Shown piece after piece: positions 14,898-22,352 of a stretch of 27,583 nt of DNA. The stretch comes from Thermoplasmatota archaeon. Its GTDB lineage: Archaea; Thermoplasmatota; E2; JACPAO01; JAHFTW01. The position numbers and the translations under genes were made by a program. The stretch covers positions 1-27,583 of the forward strand of contig DATDQC010000208.1 in assembly GCA_035292455.1 (NCBI GenBank), in the 5' to 3' direction. Position 1 is the stretch's first letter; each line of letters opens with the position of its first letter. The notes below the pieces were generated by a model that was not told the DNA's origin, made no database searches, and saw nothing but the letters and a program-made list of their open reading frames with translations.

Positions 14898-16031
14898 GTG
14901 CCCTACACGCTCTCCGACGACGAACTCCTCATCCAGAAGACGGTGCGGGAGTTCGCGCAGTCGGGCATCGGGCTCGAGAAGGCGGCGGAGTCGGACCGGT
15001 TCGACCGCTTCCCCGCCGGACCGCTCGCCGAGGCGGCGGCACTTGGGCTCACCGCGCTCGCCGCCCCGCCCGAACTGGGTGGTGCTGGTGGAACCGCCCT
15101 GGCGCTCGCCCTCGACGAGGTGGCGCAGGTCTGCCCCAACACCGCGGCGGTCCTTGCCGTCCACAACACCGCCCTCCGGCTCGCAGCCGACGCAGGCCGC
15201 GCCGACCTCGCCAAGCGCCTTGCCGCCGGCGAGCTCGCGGCACTCCTTGCCACCGAGGAGGCCTCCGGCTCCGACACGGCCTCCTTGGGCACCGTCGCGA
15301 AGCCCGATGCCGCGTCCGGTGGCTTCCGTGTGACGGGGCAGAAGGTGTGGGGTATTGCCGCCTCCGACGCCAAGCATCTCTTGGCCCTCGCCCAAGTCCC
15401 GGGTCGCGGTGCCGCGCTTCTCCACGTCCCGGCGGAGGAGAAGGGAATCACCCTGGGCCGCAACGAGCCGCTCCTTGGGCTGCGTGCCGCCGGAATCCGG
15501 AGCGTCTATCTCTCCAACGCCGCCGCCCCCAAGGGCGCCCTCATCGGCGAGCCCGGCAAGGCCCAGGCGTTGCTCGCAGGGTCCCGGCCGTGGCTCCAGG
15601 TCGCAGCCGCCGCCTGCCTCACCGGCTGTGTCGCGGGGGCCGCGGAGGCGGCGATGCGGTTCGCCGAGACCCGGGTGCAGTTCGGGCAGCCCATCGGGAC
15701 CTACCAGGCGGTCTCCGACGGTGTGGCGCAGATGGACGTCCAGCTCGCCGCGGCCCGAAGCCTCACGCTGGCGGCGGCCGCCCGGCTGGGGACGCCGGAG
15801 GCGGCGGTGTGGGCCTCGCGCGCCAAGGCGTTCGCGGCCGAGATGGCCATTCCGATGACGCGGCTTGCCATCCGCATCCAGGGGGGCACCGGCTTCATGC
15901 GGGAGGGGGGCACCGAGCGCTTCGCCCGCGACGCCCGCGCCCTGCAGTTCCTCGGGGAGACGGTGCACATGCAGCGCGACCTCCTCAAGCGCCACCTCCT
16001 CCCCGGCATCCAGTTCCCGGCGACGCCGTAG
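14898..16031 (+). CDS. Acyl-CoA dehydrogenase family protein, divergent (canonical catalytic Glu absent)
   Basis: ATEEASGSD, GQKVW, RVQFGQPIGTYQAV, IQGGTG...ERFARDAR motifs; canonical IYEGT reads FLGET. Confidence 0.88.
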   Translation: MPYTLSDDELLIQKTVREFAQSGIGLEKAAESDRFDRFPAGPLAEAAALGLTALAAPPELGGAGGTALALALDEVAQVCPNTAAVLAVHNTALRLAADAGRADLAKRLAAGELAALLATEEASGSDTASLGTVAKPDAASGGFRVTGQKVWGIAASDAKHLLALAQVPGRGAALLHVPAEEKGITLGRNEPLLGLRAAGIRSVYLSNAAAPKGALIGEPGKAQALLAGSRPWLQVAAAACLTGCVAGAAEAAMRFAETRVQFGQPIGTYQAVSDGVAQMDVQLAAARSLTLAAAARLGTPEAAVWASRAKAFAAEMAIPMTRLAIRIQGGTGFMREGGTERFARDARALQFLGETVHMQRDLLKRHLLPGIQFPATP

Positions 16032-16054
16032 CGGCTGGCCCCCACGGCCAAGGT

Positions 16055-16070
16055 TTTAGGTAGCCCGAAG
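16055..16070 (+). promoter_or_regulatory. Putative DtxR-family operator overlapping the regulator's own TATA
   Basis: TTTAGGTAGCCCGAAG matches 11/16 of the palindrome TTTAGGTTAACCTAAA and resembles the site at 16532-16547. Confidence 0.55.
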
Positions 16071-16083
16071 GAGGTCGCCCGGC

Positions 16084-16524
16084 GTGGCCCACCATCCCGG
16101 CGACGAGGTCTCCGAGCCGATGGAGGAGTACCTGGAGACCATCTACCGCCTCGAGCAGGACGGGCAGCCGGCCCGGACGGGGGAGATCGCCAAGCACCTC
16201 CACGTCGCGCCGCCGTCGGTCACGGACATGCTGCAGCGCCTCGAGAAGGCCGCCCTCATCACCTACGAGCCGTACAAGGGAGCGGTCCTCACCCCCGCAG
16301 GCCGCGACGTGGGCCGGGGCATCCTGGCGCGCCACCGCATCATGCAGGCGTTCCTGCAGGAGGTGTGCGGCATGCCCCACCGCGAGGCGCACGAGGCGGC
16401 GTGCGACATGGAGCACACCATCCCGCCGCCCCTGGAGAAGTGGATGGCGCGCTACCTCAAGGAGCTCCTCGGGAAGCCGTTCGACACCGACCGCAAGGTG
16501 AAGGAGCAGATCCGCAGCCGGTAA
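16084..16524 (+). CDS. Metal-dependent transcriptional regulator, DtxR/MntR family
   Basis: EEYLETIYRL, ARTGEIAKHLHVAPPSVTDMLQRL, YEPYKG..LT..G, RHR...FL, EAACDMEH. Confidence 0.93.
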   Translation: MAHHPGDEVSEPMEEYLETIYRLEQDGQPARTGEIAKHLHVAPPSVTDMLQRLEKAALITYEPYKGAVLTPAGRDVGRGILARHRIMQAFLQEVCGMPHREAHEAACDMEHTIPPPLEKWMARYLKELLGKPFDTDRKVKEQIRSR

Positions 16525-16531
16525 GAGTCGT

Positions 16532-16547
16532 TTTCGCCTCACCTAAA
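16532..16547 (-). promoter_or_regulatory. Putative DtxR-family operator upstream of the FTR1 permease
   Basis: Reverse strand reads TTTAGGTGAGGCGAAA (12/16 to TTTAGGTTAACCTAAA), directly before the TATA-like TTTTTGTAAG (16550-16559). Confidence 0.6.
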
Positions 16548-16582
16548 TCTTTTTGTAAGCCCCCCGTGTCGCCGGCCCTGCC

Positions 16583-17443
16583 ATGTCCGCCGCCGGCGTT
16601 GCCATCGTCGCCCTCCGGGAATCCCTGGAAGCCCTCCTCGTCGTCGGCATCCTGGTCGGCATCGTCACCAAGCTCGGCCACCCTGAGGCGCGCCGCCCCA
16701 TCTGGCTCGGCGGCCTCGCGGGCGCCGCCCTCTCCGTCGCCGTCGGGGTCGCGACCTACCGGGCCGCCGGGGGGCTCTCGGAGCGCTTCGGCGCCTCCTT
16801 CGAGGCCGCGGCAAGCCTGGTGGCGGTCGCCATCCTGACCTACATGGTGGTCTGGATGTACCGCCACACCATGCAGGCGATGGGCACGCTCCACGACAAG
16901 GCCAAGGACGCCGTGCTCTCGAACCGCTCCGCCGTGCTTTGGGGCCTCGCCTTCGTCGTGGTCCTCCGGGAAGGGCTCGAGACCGTCCTCTTCATCGCCG
17001 CCCAGGCGGCCCAGACCACGCCCACCGAGGTCCTCCTCGGCCTCGCCATCGGTGTCGCGGTCAGCGTGGCGCTGGCCGTGCTCCTCTTCCGCGGTGTCGT
17101 TCGCCTCAGCCTCCAGGGCTTCTTTGCCATCACCGGCCTCATCCTCATCCTGGTGGGTGGCGGCCTCTTGGGGTACGCGGCGCACGAGGCGGAGGAGGCG
17201 GGCTGGGCCCCCGAGACCCCGCAGGCCTGGGACTGGTCCTCCACCCTCCCCCACAAGTGCGGCGACGAGGTCACCGCGAACTGTGTCGTCGGCGGCTTCC
17301 TCTACGGCCTCATCGGCTACCGCTCCACCCCCGCCGTCCTCGACCTCGCGGTGTGGGCCCTCTACGTCGGGGCCATGGCGGCGTGGTACCTCCGGCCCAT
17401 CCTGCGCCACCGTCGGCAAGCACGGGCGGGACAGGCGGGTTGA
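16583..17443 (+). CDS. FTR1/EfeU family iron permease
   Basis: Two REXXE motifs (LRESLEA, LREGLET); about 7 TM helices; adjacent to the DtxR-family regulator. Confidence 0.92.
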   Translation: MSAAGVAIVALRESLEALLVVGILVGIVTKLGHPEARRPIWLGGLAGAALSVAVGVATYRAAGGLSERFGASFEAAASLVAVAILTYMVVWMYRHTMQAMGTLHDKAKDAVLSNRSAVLWGLAFVVVLREGLETVLFIAAQAAQTTPTEVLLGLAIGVAVSVALAVLLFRGVVRLSLQGFFAITGLILILVGGGLLGYAAHEAEEAGWAPETPQAWDWSSTLPHKCGDEVTANCVVGGFLYGLIGYRSTPAVLDLAVWALYVGAMAAWYLRPILRHRRQARAGQAG

Positions 17444-17514
17444 GGCGGTTCGGCCCCAGGCTGCATCCACTCAAGCTGGGCGTCCCAGAGAATAGCGGGA
17501 CGGGATGGCCAGCA

Positions 17515-17671
17515 TTGGAGAAGAAGCCCTTGGCCTACGTCATCGCCATCATGAACATGGTTCTGCACGGCATCGAGGCGCCCAACGTCATTCACACGAA
17601 CACTTTGTGGGAGAACCTGGCGGACATCCGAAGCGGAGACGCACGCCGAACTCATCGACCCCGCCATCTGA
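17515..17671 (+). pseudogene. Type I restriction-modification scar: internal hsdM fragment joined to the first codons of hsdR
   Basis: 17515-17629 encodes LEKKPLAYVIAIMNMVLHGIEAPNVIHTNTLWENLADI (HsdM segment that normally precedes NPPF). 17630-17671, in another frame, encodes EAETHAELIDPAI* (HsdR N-terminus NEAETRAELIDPAL-like). Confidence 0.75.
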
Positions 17672-17708
17672 GTCAAACGCGGGACGGGCGGCAGTCAACC
17701 CGGGAAAA

Positions 17709-17960
17709 TTAGCCATAGACGACACTGCGGTGCTGGACGCGTTTGACCGTCAGCAACCTGGCCGTGGCGTCGGCTTGGGCCACGACGCGCCAATCGCCAA
17801 CGCGGAGCCGCCAATCCTTGCTCCCCTTCAGGCGCTTCATGCTTCGGAGCGGGTCCTTCCGGATGCTGTCCAGCTTCCTCAAGACCTGCTGAGCGACCGC
17901 GTGGTCCAATGCCCGCAGGTCGCGCCGAGCCGAGTCGCTGTAGTCCAGCCGCCACGTCAT
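17709..17960 (-). CDS. relE: RelE/ParE family toxin (TA module 1)
   Basis: WRLDYSDSARRDLRAL...KRLKG...WRLRVGDWRVV...VQHRSVVY; ATGA overlap with the antitoxin. Confidence 0.9.
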   Translation of the reverse strand: MTWRLDYSDSARRDLRALDHAVAQQVLRKLDSIRKDPLRSMKRLKGSKDWRLRVGDWRVVAQADATARLLTVKRVQHRSVVYG

Positions 17961-18193
17961 GCCAGACCGAACTCGCGCATCATGTCCGCGTGGCTGTGGG
18001 TCCGCCCGTGGTGGATGTCGAGTTGGGCTTCCAGGAGCATGAAACGGAACTCCGGGCTGAACTTGCCTTCATCGTCGCCTTCCGGCACGAGGCGCATTAG
18101 ACGCGTCAAGAGGTCGTCGTAGGTATGTTTGCCCTTCATGGCCTGCAGAGCGTCGCGCGTCTTGGGATCGAGCTTGATGGTCGTCTGGCCCAT
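17957..18193 (-). CDS. Putative antitoxin (TA module 1), RHH-like N-terminus
   Basis: MGQTTIKLDPKTRDALQAMK...TYDDLLTRL; small gene directly upstream of and coupled to a relE-like gene. Confidence 0.82.
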   Translation of the reverse strand: MGQTTIKLDPKTRDALQAMKGKHTYDDLLTRLMRLVPEGDDEGKFSPEFRFMLLEAQLDIHHGRTHSHADMMREFGLA

Positions 18194-18196
18194 GGC

Positions 18197-18214
18197 TATC
18201 CCATTGGTATCCCA
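18197..18214. promoter_or_regulatory. Putative operator of TA module 1
   Basis: TATCCCA direct repeat at 18197-18203 and 18208-18214 (11-bp period), between the TATA-like TCATATTC and the ATG. Confidence 0.55.
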
Positions 18215-18481
18215 AGAATATGACTCTTGCGGCTTGAGCCTTATAAGCCAGCTCTTGGGCCCCTGCGCGCCACGCCTTCACGGGAAGTGGAGAGGGGCAT
18301 TGAGGTAAGCTTCCGCGAAGGGGCAACAAGACTGGCGAGCGCAACTTGGGTGCCACGTGAGAGGTTGCGTGGGCTCAACGCTCGCAACAGGGCCAGACAT
18401 TCCGGCGTCTTTGGCGCCCCATTTTCTCCAAGAATTGTGCAACGCTCGATAAGCGGCGATACTGTTCAGCCGGAGCCAAAC

Positions 18482-19078
18482 TCACGAGGATGGGGTCAGG
18501 ATGATGGAGGAAATGCGTTGGATGGAACCACCAAAGAAGTGGTCGTCGTCCACGTTTGTCACGGTCCCCGGGCCATCCCAACGCGGAGCCGTGTCGTCGC
18601 GTAGGCCAGAGATGACGGCCGGCGGACAGGCGCCAAGGCGCGACTGAAGGGCGGCTCCTTCAAGGAAACCCTGAACGGCTTCGGCTTCGAGAGGCGCGAT
18701 GCGCGCGACCACATGGGGTCGCCGCCTGCGTGCCTGTTCGGTTCGACCCGTTACTTCAAGGACCGGGGCAATGAGCACCAACCTTCCAATCCGGGCTGGG
18801 CTGGCGACGGCTACTCGCGCGGCGGCCAAGGCACCGAGGCTGTAGCCCACAAGGACCGGCGGGCCAGCCATGTTTCCAACCAAATGCCGGGCGGCGCCGA
18901 TGACGTGGGTCCACCGGCTCCCGAATGGTCGGGCTCCAGCCTCGTTGAGGTCCGGCGTCTGCTCGACCCGACAACCATCCGCCTCAAGCACCTGGCGGAG
19001 ACTACGCATCAGCGGTGACTGCCCCTCGAACGTGGGCACGAGGACGACGCCGACCACGTGGCCCGACGGGCTCGCCAC
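18482..19078 (-). CDS. Alpha/beta hydrolase fold protein
   Basis: VVLVPTFEG first strand, GYSLG nucleophile elbow, RLVLIAP, SGLRDD acid and DDDHFFGG histidine: a complete Ser-Asp-His arrangement. Confidence 0.78.
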   Translation of the reverse strand: MASPSGHVVGVVLVPTFEGQSPLMRSLRQVLEADGCRVEQTPDLNEAGARPFGSRWTHVIGAARHLVGNMAGPPVLVGYSLGALAAARVAVASPARIGRLVLIAPVLEVTGRTEQARRRRPHVVARIAPLEAEAVQGFLEGAALQSRLGACPPAVISGLRDDTAPRWDGPGTVTNVDDDHFFGGSIQRISSIILTPSS

Positions 19079-19176
19079 GACTTTGACCTATTGGGATGCA
19101 CCGGCCTGGACAGCCCTGCCCGACAAAGGGAGGGTTCCGCCCGGCAACGCATGTTCAGGGGGGTTTGCCGGTTGCC

Positions 19177-19734
19177 CCCTTCGCCCAGGGAGCTTTACAG
19201 AACCCCCGCCGCGCCTCCGGTCGGGGGGTGGCGCCTGACAGAACCCAAGGCCGACTTTTACAGAAGCGGGGTGGGCGATAAGGAGCGCCGAGCAAGGGAC
19301 GCGGACGAAGAGGGGTGGCCTGGCGGCGATAAGCCGTCTCCATGACAATCCGCCCCTTTCTCCGTCGGCTTGGGTGGCCCTTCAGGACTTGGCGCCGGTC
19401 CTAAACTCGATGAACCCGCTTTGGCGTGTCGTTCACAGATGGCCTTGAAGCACGATTCAAAGTTCCAGGGCTGGTCAACCGTCACGAACTCCGAATCTCG
19501 TGGTCCTGGAATTGGCGGAAACAGTGCGCATCCAGTTCCACCGGCAAGCTCCGCCTCGCATCCAAGAGGCTCCGCCCCCCGCGTCGGGCCGCCACCCAAT
19601 GCAGCCTGTGGTTGCTGGGACTCAACCGTGCCCCCTTCCGCCCTCAGGGGGTGGTTTGGCCCCCTGACGTGGACCCATCAAGCCCAGACGCGGAACGCAG
19701 CCCTTCGCCCAGTCGCATCTAAATAGAACCCCCC
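19177..19734. repeat. Degenerate dispersed repeats in a long intergenic tract
   Basis: cccttcgcccag at 19177-19188 and 19701-19712, each followed by (t/a)a(c/t)agaaccccc; ACAGAA motif at about 19197, 19238 and 19260; related tgcccccttccgccctcag at about 19629-19647. Confidence 0.55.
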
Positions 19735-19742
19735 TGTCGGCC

Positions 19743-19807
19743 GCTTGCTCCCGAAGCCACATGGTGAACTGAGGCGCCCCCGGCGCCTCGGAATACCGGG
19801 AGCGAGT
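19743..19807 (+). ncRNA. Candidate structured 5' leader of the rps6e operon
   Basis: 11-bp helix 19743-19753/19797-19807 (2 G-U) enclosing an 8-10 bp hairpin (19769-19791); TAAATA at 19720-19725 upstream. Confidence 0.45.
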
Positions 19808-19815
19808 TGACCCCC

Positions 19816-20253
19816 ATGGCAGCCACGTTCAAGATCGTCATCAACGACACCGACGGCAAGTCGTACAACTTCGAGGTCACCGGCCACCACGCCCAGAACC
19901 TCGTCGGAAAGAAGATCGGCGACCCGGTGGACGGCATCAACGTCAACCTGCCCGGCTACAAGCTCGAGATCACCGGCGGCACCGACAAGGCCGGCTTCGC
20001 GATGCGCGGCGACGTCGAGGGGCCGCAGCGCCGCCGCCTCCTCCTCACCGTCGGCACGGGCTTCCGCCCCACCGACTACCCCGGCAAGCGCAAGAAGGTC
20101 TCGGTGCGCGGCAACCGTGTCAGCCCCGACATCACCCAGGTCAACATGAAGGTCGCCAAGGCCGGCACCAAGCCGGTCGCGGAACACTTCGCGGGGCTCT
20201 CCAAGCAGGAGAAACCCGAGGCGAAGGCCGAGACCAAGCCTGGCAAGAAGTGA
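19816..20253 (+). CDS. rps6e: 30S ribosomal protein S6e
   Basis: FKIVIND, LVGKKIGD, GYKLEITGGTDKAGFAM, KRKKVSVRGN, QVNMKV. Confidence 0.96.
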   Translation: MAATFKIVINDTDGKSYNFEVTGHHAQNLVGKKIGDPVDGINVNLPGYKLEITGGTDKAGFAMRGDVEGPQRRRLLLTVGTGFRPTDYPGKRKKVSVRGNRVSPDITQVNMKVAKAGTKPVAEHFAGLSKQEKPEAKAETKPGKK

Positions 20254-20301
20254 GGTAGGCCCGGCGGCCCCTTTTTGAACCCCCCACCTCTGGCCGCCCC
20301 C

Positions 20302-21576
20302 GTGGCAACCAAGAAGGCCGCCGCCCAGACCCTGGAGGCGCCCGCCTCCGCCGGCGACCAGCCCGAGGTCAACATCGGCCTCATCGGCCACGTCGACCAC
20401 GGCAAGACCACGCTCACCAAGGCGCTCTCCGGGAAGTGGACCGACGAGCACTCCGAGGAGATCAAGCGCGGCATCAGCATCAAGCTCGGCTACGCCGACA
20501 CCACGTTCTACAAGGGGGCCGGCAAGGACGGCAAGGCGGTCTACACCACGAAGAGGGACGACCCGCGCCTCGCCGGGGAGCCCGAGCGCCTGCGGAAGGT
20601 CTCCTTCGTGGACGCCCCTGGCCACGAGACCCTGATGGCCACCATGCTGTCGGGGGCCGCGCTGATGGACGGCGCGCTGCTGCTGGTCGCGGCGAACGAG
20701 AAGTGCCCGCAGCCGCAGACCAAGGAGCACCTCATGGCGCTGCAGATCGGCGGCACCAAGAACATCGTCATCGTCCAGAACAAGATCGACCTGGTGGACG
20801 AGAGACGGGCGCTCGAGAACTACAAGGAGATCCAGGCGTTCGTCAAGGGCACCGTCGCCGCCGACGCGCCGGTCATCCCCATCTCGGCCCACCACGACGT
20901 CAACATCGGCTCCCTCATCGAGGCCATCGAGCGCATCGTCCCAACACCCCGGCACGACCCTGCCGCCGACCCCGTGATGCTGGTGGCCCGCAGCTTCGAC
21001 ATCAACAAGCCCGGCATCCACCCCGACAAGATCCGCGGCGGCATCCTCGGGGGAAGCCTGGTCCGAGGCACCCTCCGCGTGGGCGACAAGGTCGAGATCG
21101 CCCCCGGCCTCCGCATCGAGGAGGGGGAGAAGGCGCACTACGAGCAGCTCACCACCACGGTCGTCAGCCTCTACACCGGCACCCAGGAGGTGCAGGTGGC
21201 CGGGCCCGGCGGCCTCATCGCGCTCGGCACCGAGCTCGACCCCTCCGTCACCAAGGCGGACAACCTGGTGGGCCGCGTCGTCGGCCGCCCCGGGAGACTC
21301 GTCCCGGTCCTCGACCGCCTGACCATGGAGGTGAGCCTCCTCGAGCGCGTCGTCGGCCAGGAGGAGGACACCGCCGTCGAGCCCATCAAGGTCAAGGAGC
21401 CGCTGATGCTCAACTGCGGCACCGCCACCACGGTCGGCCTCGTCCTCAAGTCCGCCAACAACCTGGTCGAGGCGGCCCTCAAGCTCCCGGTCGCCGCGGA
21501 GAAGGGCGCTCGCGTCGCGGTGAGCCGCCGCGTCGGGGGCCGCTGGCGCCTCATCGGCTACGGCGTCCTCAAGTGA
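20302..21576 (+). CDS. eif2g: Translation initiation factor 2 gamma subunit (aIF2-gamma)
   Basis: QPEVNIGLIGHVDHGKTT, HSEEIKRGISIKLGYAD, FVDAPGHETLMATMLSGAA, QNKID, RRVGGRWRLIGYG. GTG 20302 follows CTTTTTGAAC by 21 nt. Confidence 0.97.
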   Translation: MATKKAAAQTLEAPASAGDQPEVNIGLIGHVDHGKTTLTKALSGKWTDEHSEEIKRGISIKLGYADTTFYKGAGKDGKAVYTTKRDDPRLAGEPERLRKVSFVDAPGHETLMATMLSGAALMDGALLLVAANEKCPQPQTKEHLMALQIGGTKNIVIVQNKIDLVDERRALENYKEIQAFVKGTVAADAPVIPISAHHDVNIGSLIEAIERIVPTPRHDPAADPVMLVARSFDINKPGIHPDKIRGGILGGSLVRGTLRVGDKVEIAPGLRIEEGEKAHYEQLTTTVVSLYTGTQEVQVAGPGGLIALGTELDPSVTKADNLVGRVVGRPGRLVPVLDRLTMEVSLLERVVGQEEDTAVEPIKVKEPLMLNCGTATTVGLVLKSANNLVEAALKLPVAAEKGARVAVSRRVGGRWRLIGYGVLK

Positions 21577-21581
21577 AGGCG

Positions 21582-21971
21582 ATGCCGACCGTCGTCGTCC
21601 TCGACACCAACGCGCTCCTCCTGCCGTTCACGGCGGGCACCGACCTTGAGAGAGAGATCGAGCGCCTCGTCGGCCCCGCCCGCATCGTCGTCCCGGCCGC
21701 CATGGTGCAGGAGATCGACTCCCTCACCACCCACGGCGGGGCGGAGGGGCGCGCCGCCAAGGCGGCCCGCAAGCTGATGACCAGGTTCGACTCGGAGGCC
21801 ACGCCGTACGGCGGCGACGACGGGCTCCTCGATGTGGCGCGCCGCCTCAAGGCGGTCGTGGTCACCAACGACCGCAAACTGCAGGAGGAGTGCAGCCGGT
21901 CGGGGCTGCAGGTGCTGCATTCGCGCGAGACGGGTCGCCTCGCCTTCCGGAAATCCGGCTCGGGCGCCTAG
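21582..21971 (+). CDS. PIN-domain protein (Fcf1/Utp23-like; conserved neighbour of aIF2-gamma)
   Basis: VVLDTNALL, VPAAMVQEI, GDDGLLDVA, VVTNDRKLQ; 5 nt after the eif2g stop. Confidence 0.88.
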   Translation: MPTVVVLDTNALLLPFTAGTDLEREIERLVGPARIVVPAAMVQEIDSLTTHGGAEGRAAKAARKLMTRFDSEATPYGGDDGLLDVARRLKAVVVTNDRKLQEECSRSGLQVLHSRETGRLAFRKSGSGA

Positions 21972-21992
21972 CGGCTCGGGCGAATAGGTCGC

Positions 21993-22313
21993 CTACGGCC
22001 GCTTGGCGGGAGGCCCCGAGGGCTTGGGGGGTGGCCGTGGCCCCACTCCAAGGAGGCGCTTGGCCGCGCTGCGCCGCAGGGTGGCGTCCACCAGGAGCGG
22101 GAGCACCGTGACGAGGGTGAAGAAGGAGACCGCGCGGAACGCCTCGCTGGTGAGGTCGAGCCAGAAGACCCCGAAGCCGATGGCGAGGATGATTTCGAGG
22201 ATGGCGACACGCGCCTCGTTGCGGGCCGATTCGAGGAGGATCTCCGCCTGCACGGCGGGGTCCAGTTCCGACTCGCCGTAGCGGAAGACTCCCGAGAGCA
22301 GGCCGCCGGCCAC
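21993..22313 (-). CDS. Small hypothetical membrane protein (2 TM)
   Basis: Two hydrophobic segments (AILEIILAIGFGVFWL; VSFFTLVTVLPLLV); CTTTATG about 25 nt upstream of the GTG. Confidence 0.65.
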   Translation of the reverse strand: MAGGLLSGVFRYGESELDPAVQAEILLESARNEARVAILEIILAIGFGVFWLDLTSEAFRAVSFFTLVTVLPLLVDATLRRSAAKRLLGVGPRPPPKPSGPPAKRP

Positions 22314-22352
22314 GAGGGCCCGATGGGGGCTCCCAGCATAAAGTCGGCGGAC

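Noticed and set aside
18227-18604. ORFs 18227..18604 (+), 18375..18581 (-) and 18069..18356 (-)
   Set aside because: No motifs, poor codon bias, and they overlap the hydrolase or antitoxin; a 36-aa minus-strand ORF coupled to the hydrolase stop (GTG 18485) is possible but unsupported.
19190-19345. ACAGAACCC and (minus strand) CGGCTTATCG resembling RNase P RNA conserved regions
   Set aside because: The two pieces lie on opposite strands, and no GAGGAAAGUCC-like CR-I partner for P4 exists.
19681-19712. CAG-N4-GGAA-N3-AGC resembling SRP RNA helix 8
   Set aside because: The bases flanking GGAA (CGC/CGC) cannot pair, the conserved G is an A, and no Alu-domain UGUAAC motif is nearby.
19755-19800. 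AUGGUGA/CUGA and CUGAG...AUACC suggesting a box C/D RNA or TPP riboswitch
   Set aside because: The C-like and D-like boxes are 1 nt apart with no guide region, and the TPP pyrophosphate-sensor helix is missing; kept only as an unclassified leader candidate.
20256-20280. GGCC hairpin plus TTTTT after rps6e as an intrinsic terminator
   Set aside because: The stem is only 4 bp, and the T-run sits at the promoter distance (21 nt) from the eif2g GTG, so it is better read as a TATA-like box.
21582-21971. PIN protein as a VapC toxin forming a fourth TA system
   Set aside because: No adjacent antitoxin; its position after rps6e-eif2g is a conserved archaeal arrangement pointing to an rRNA-processing-type PIN protein.
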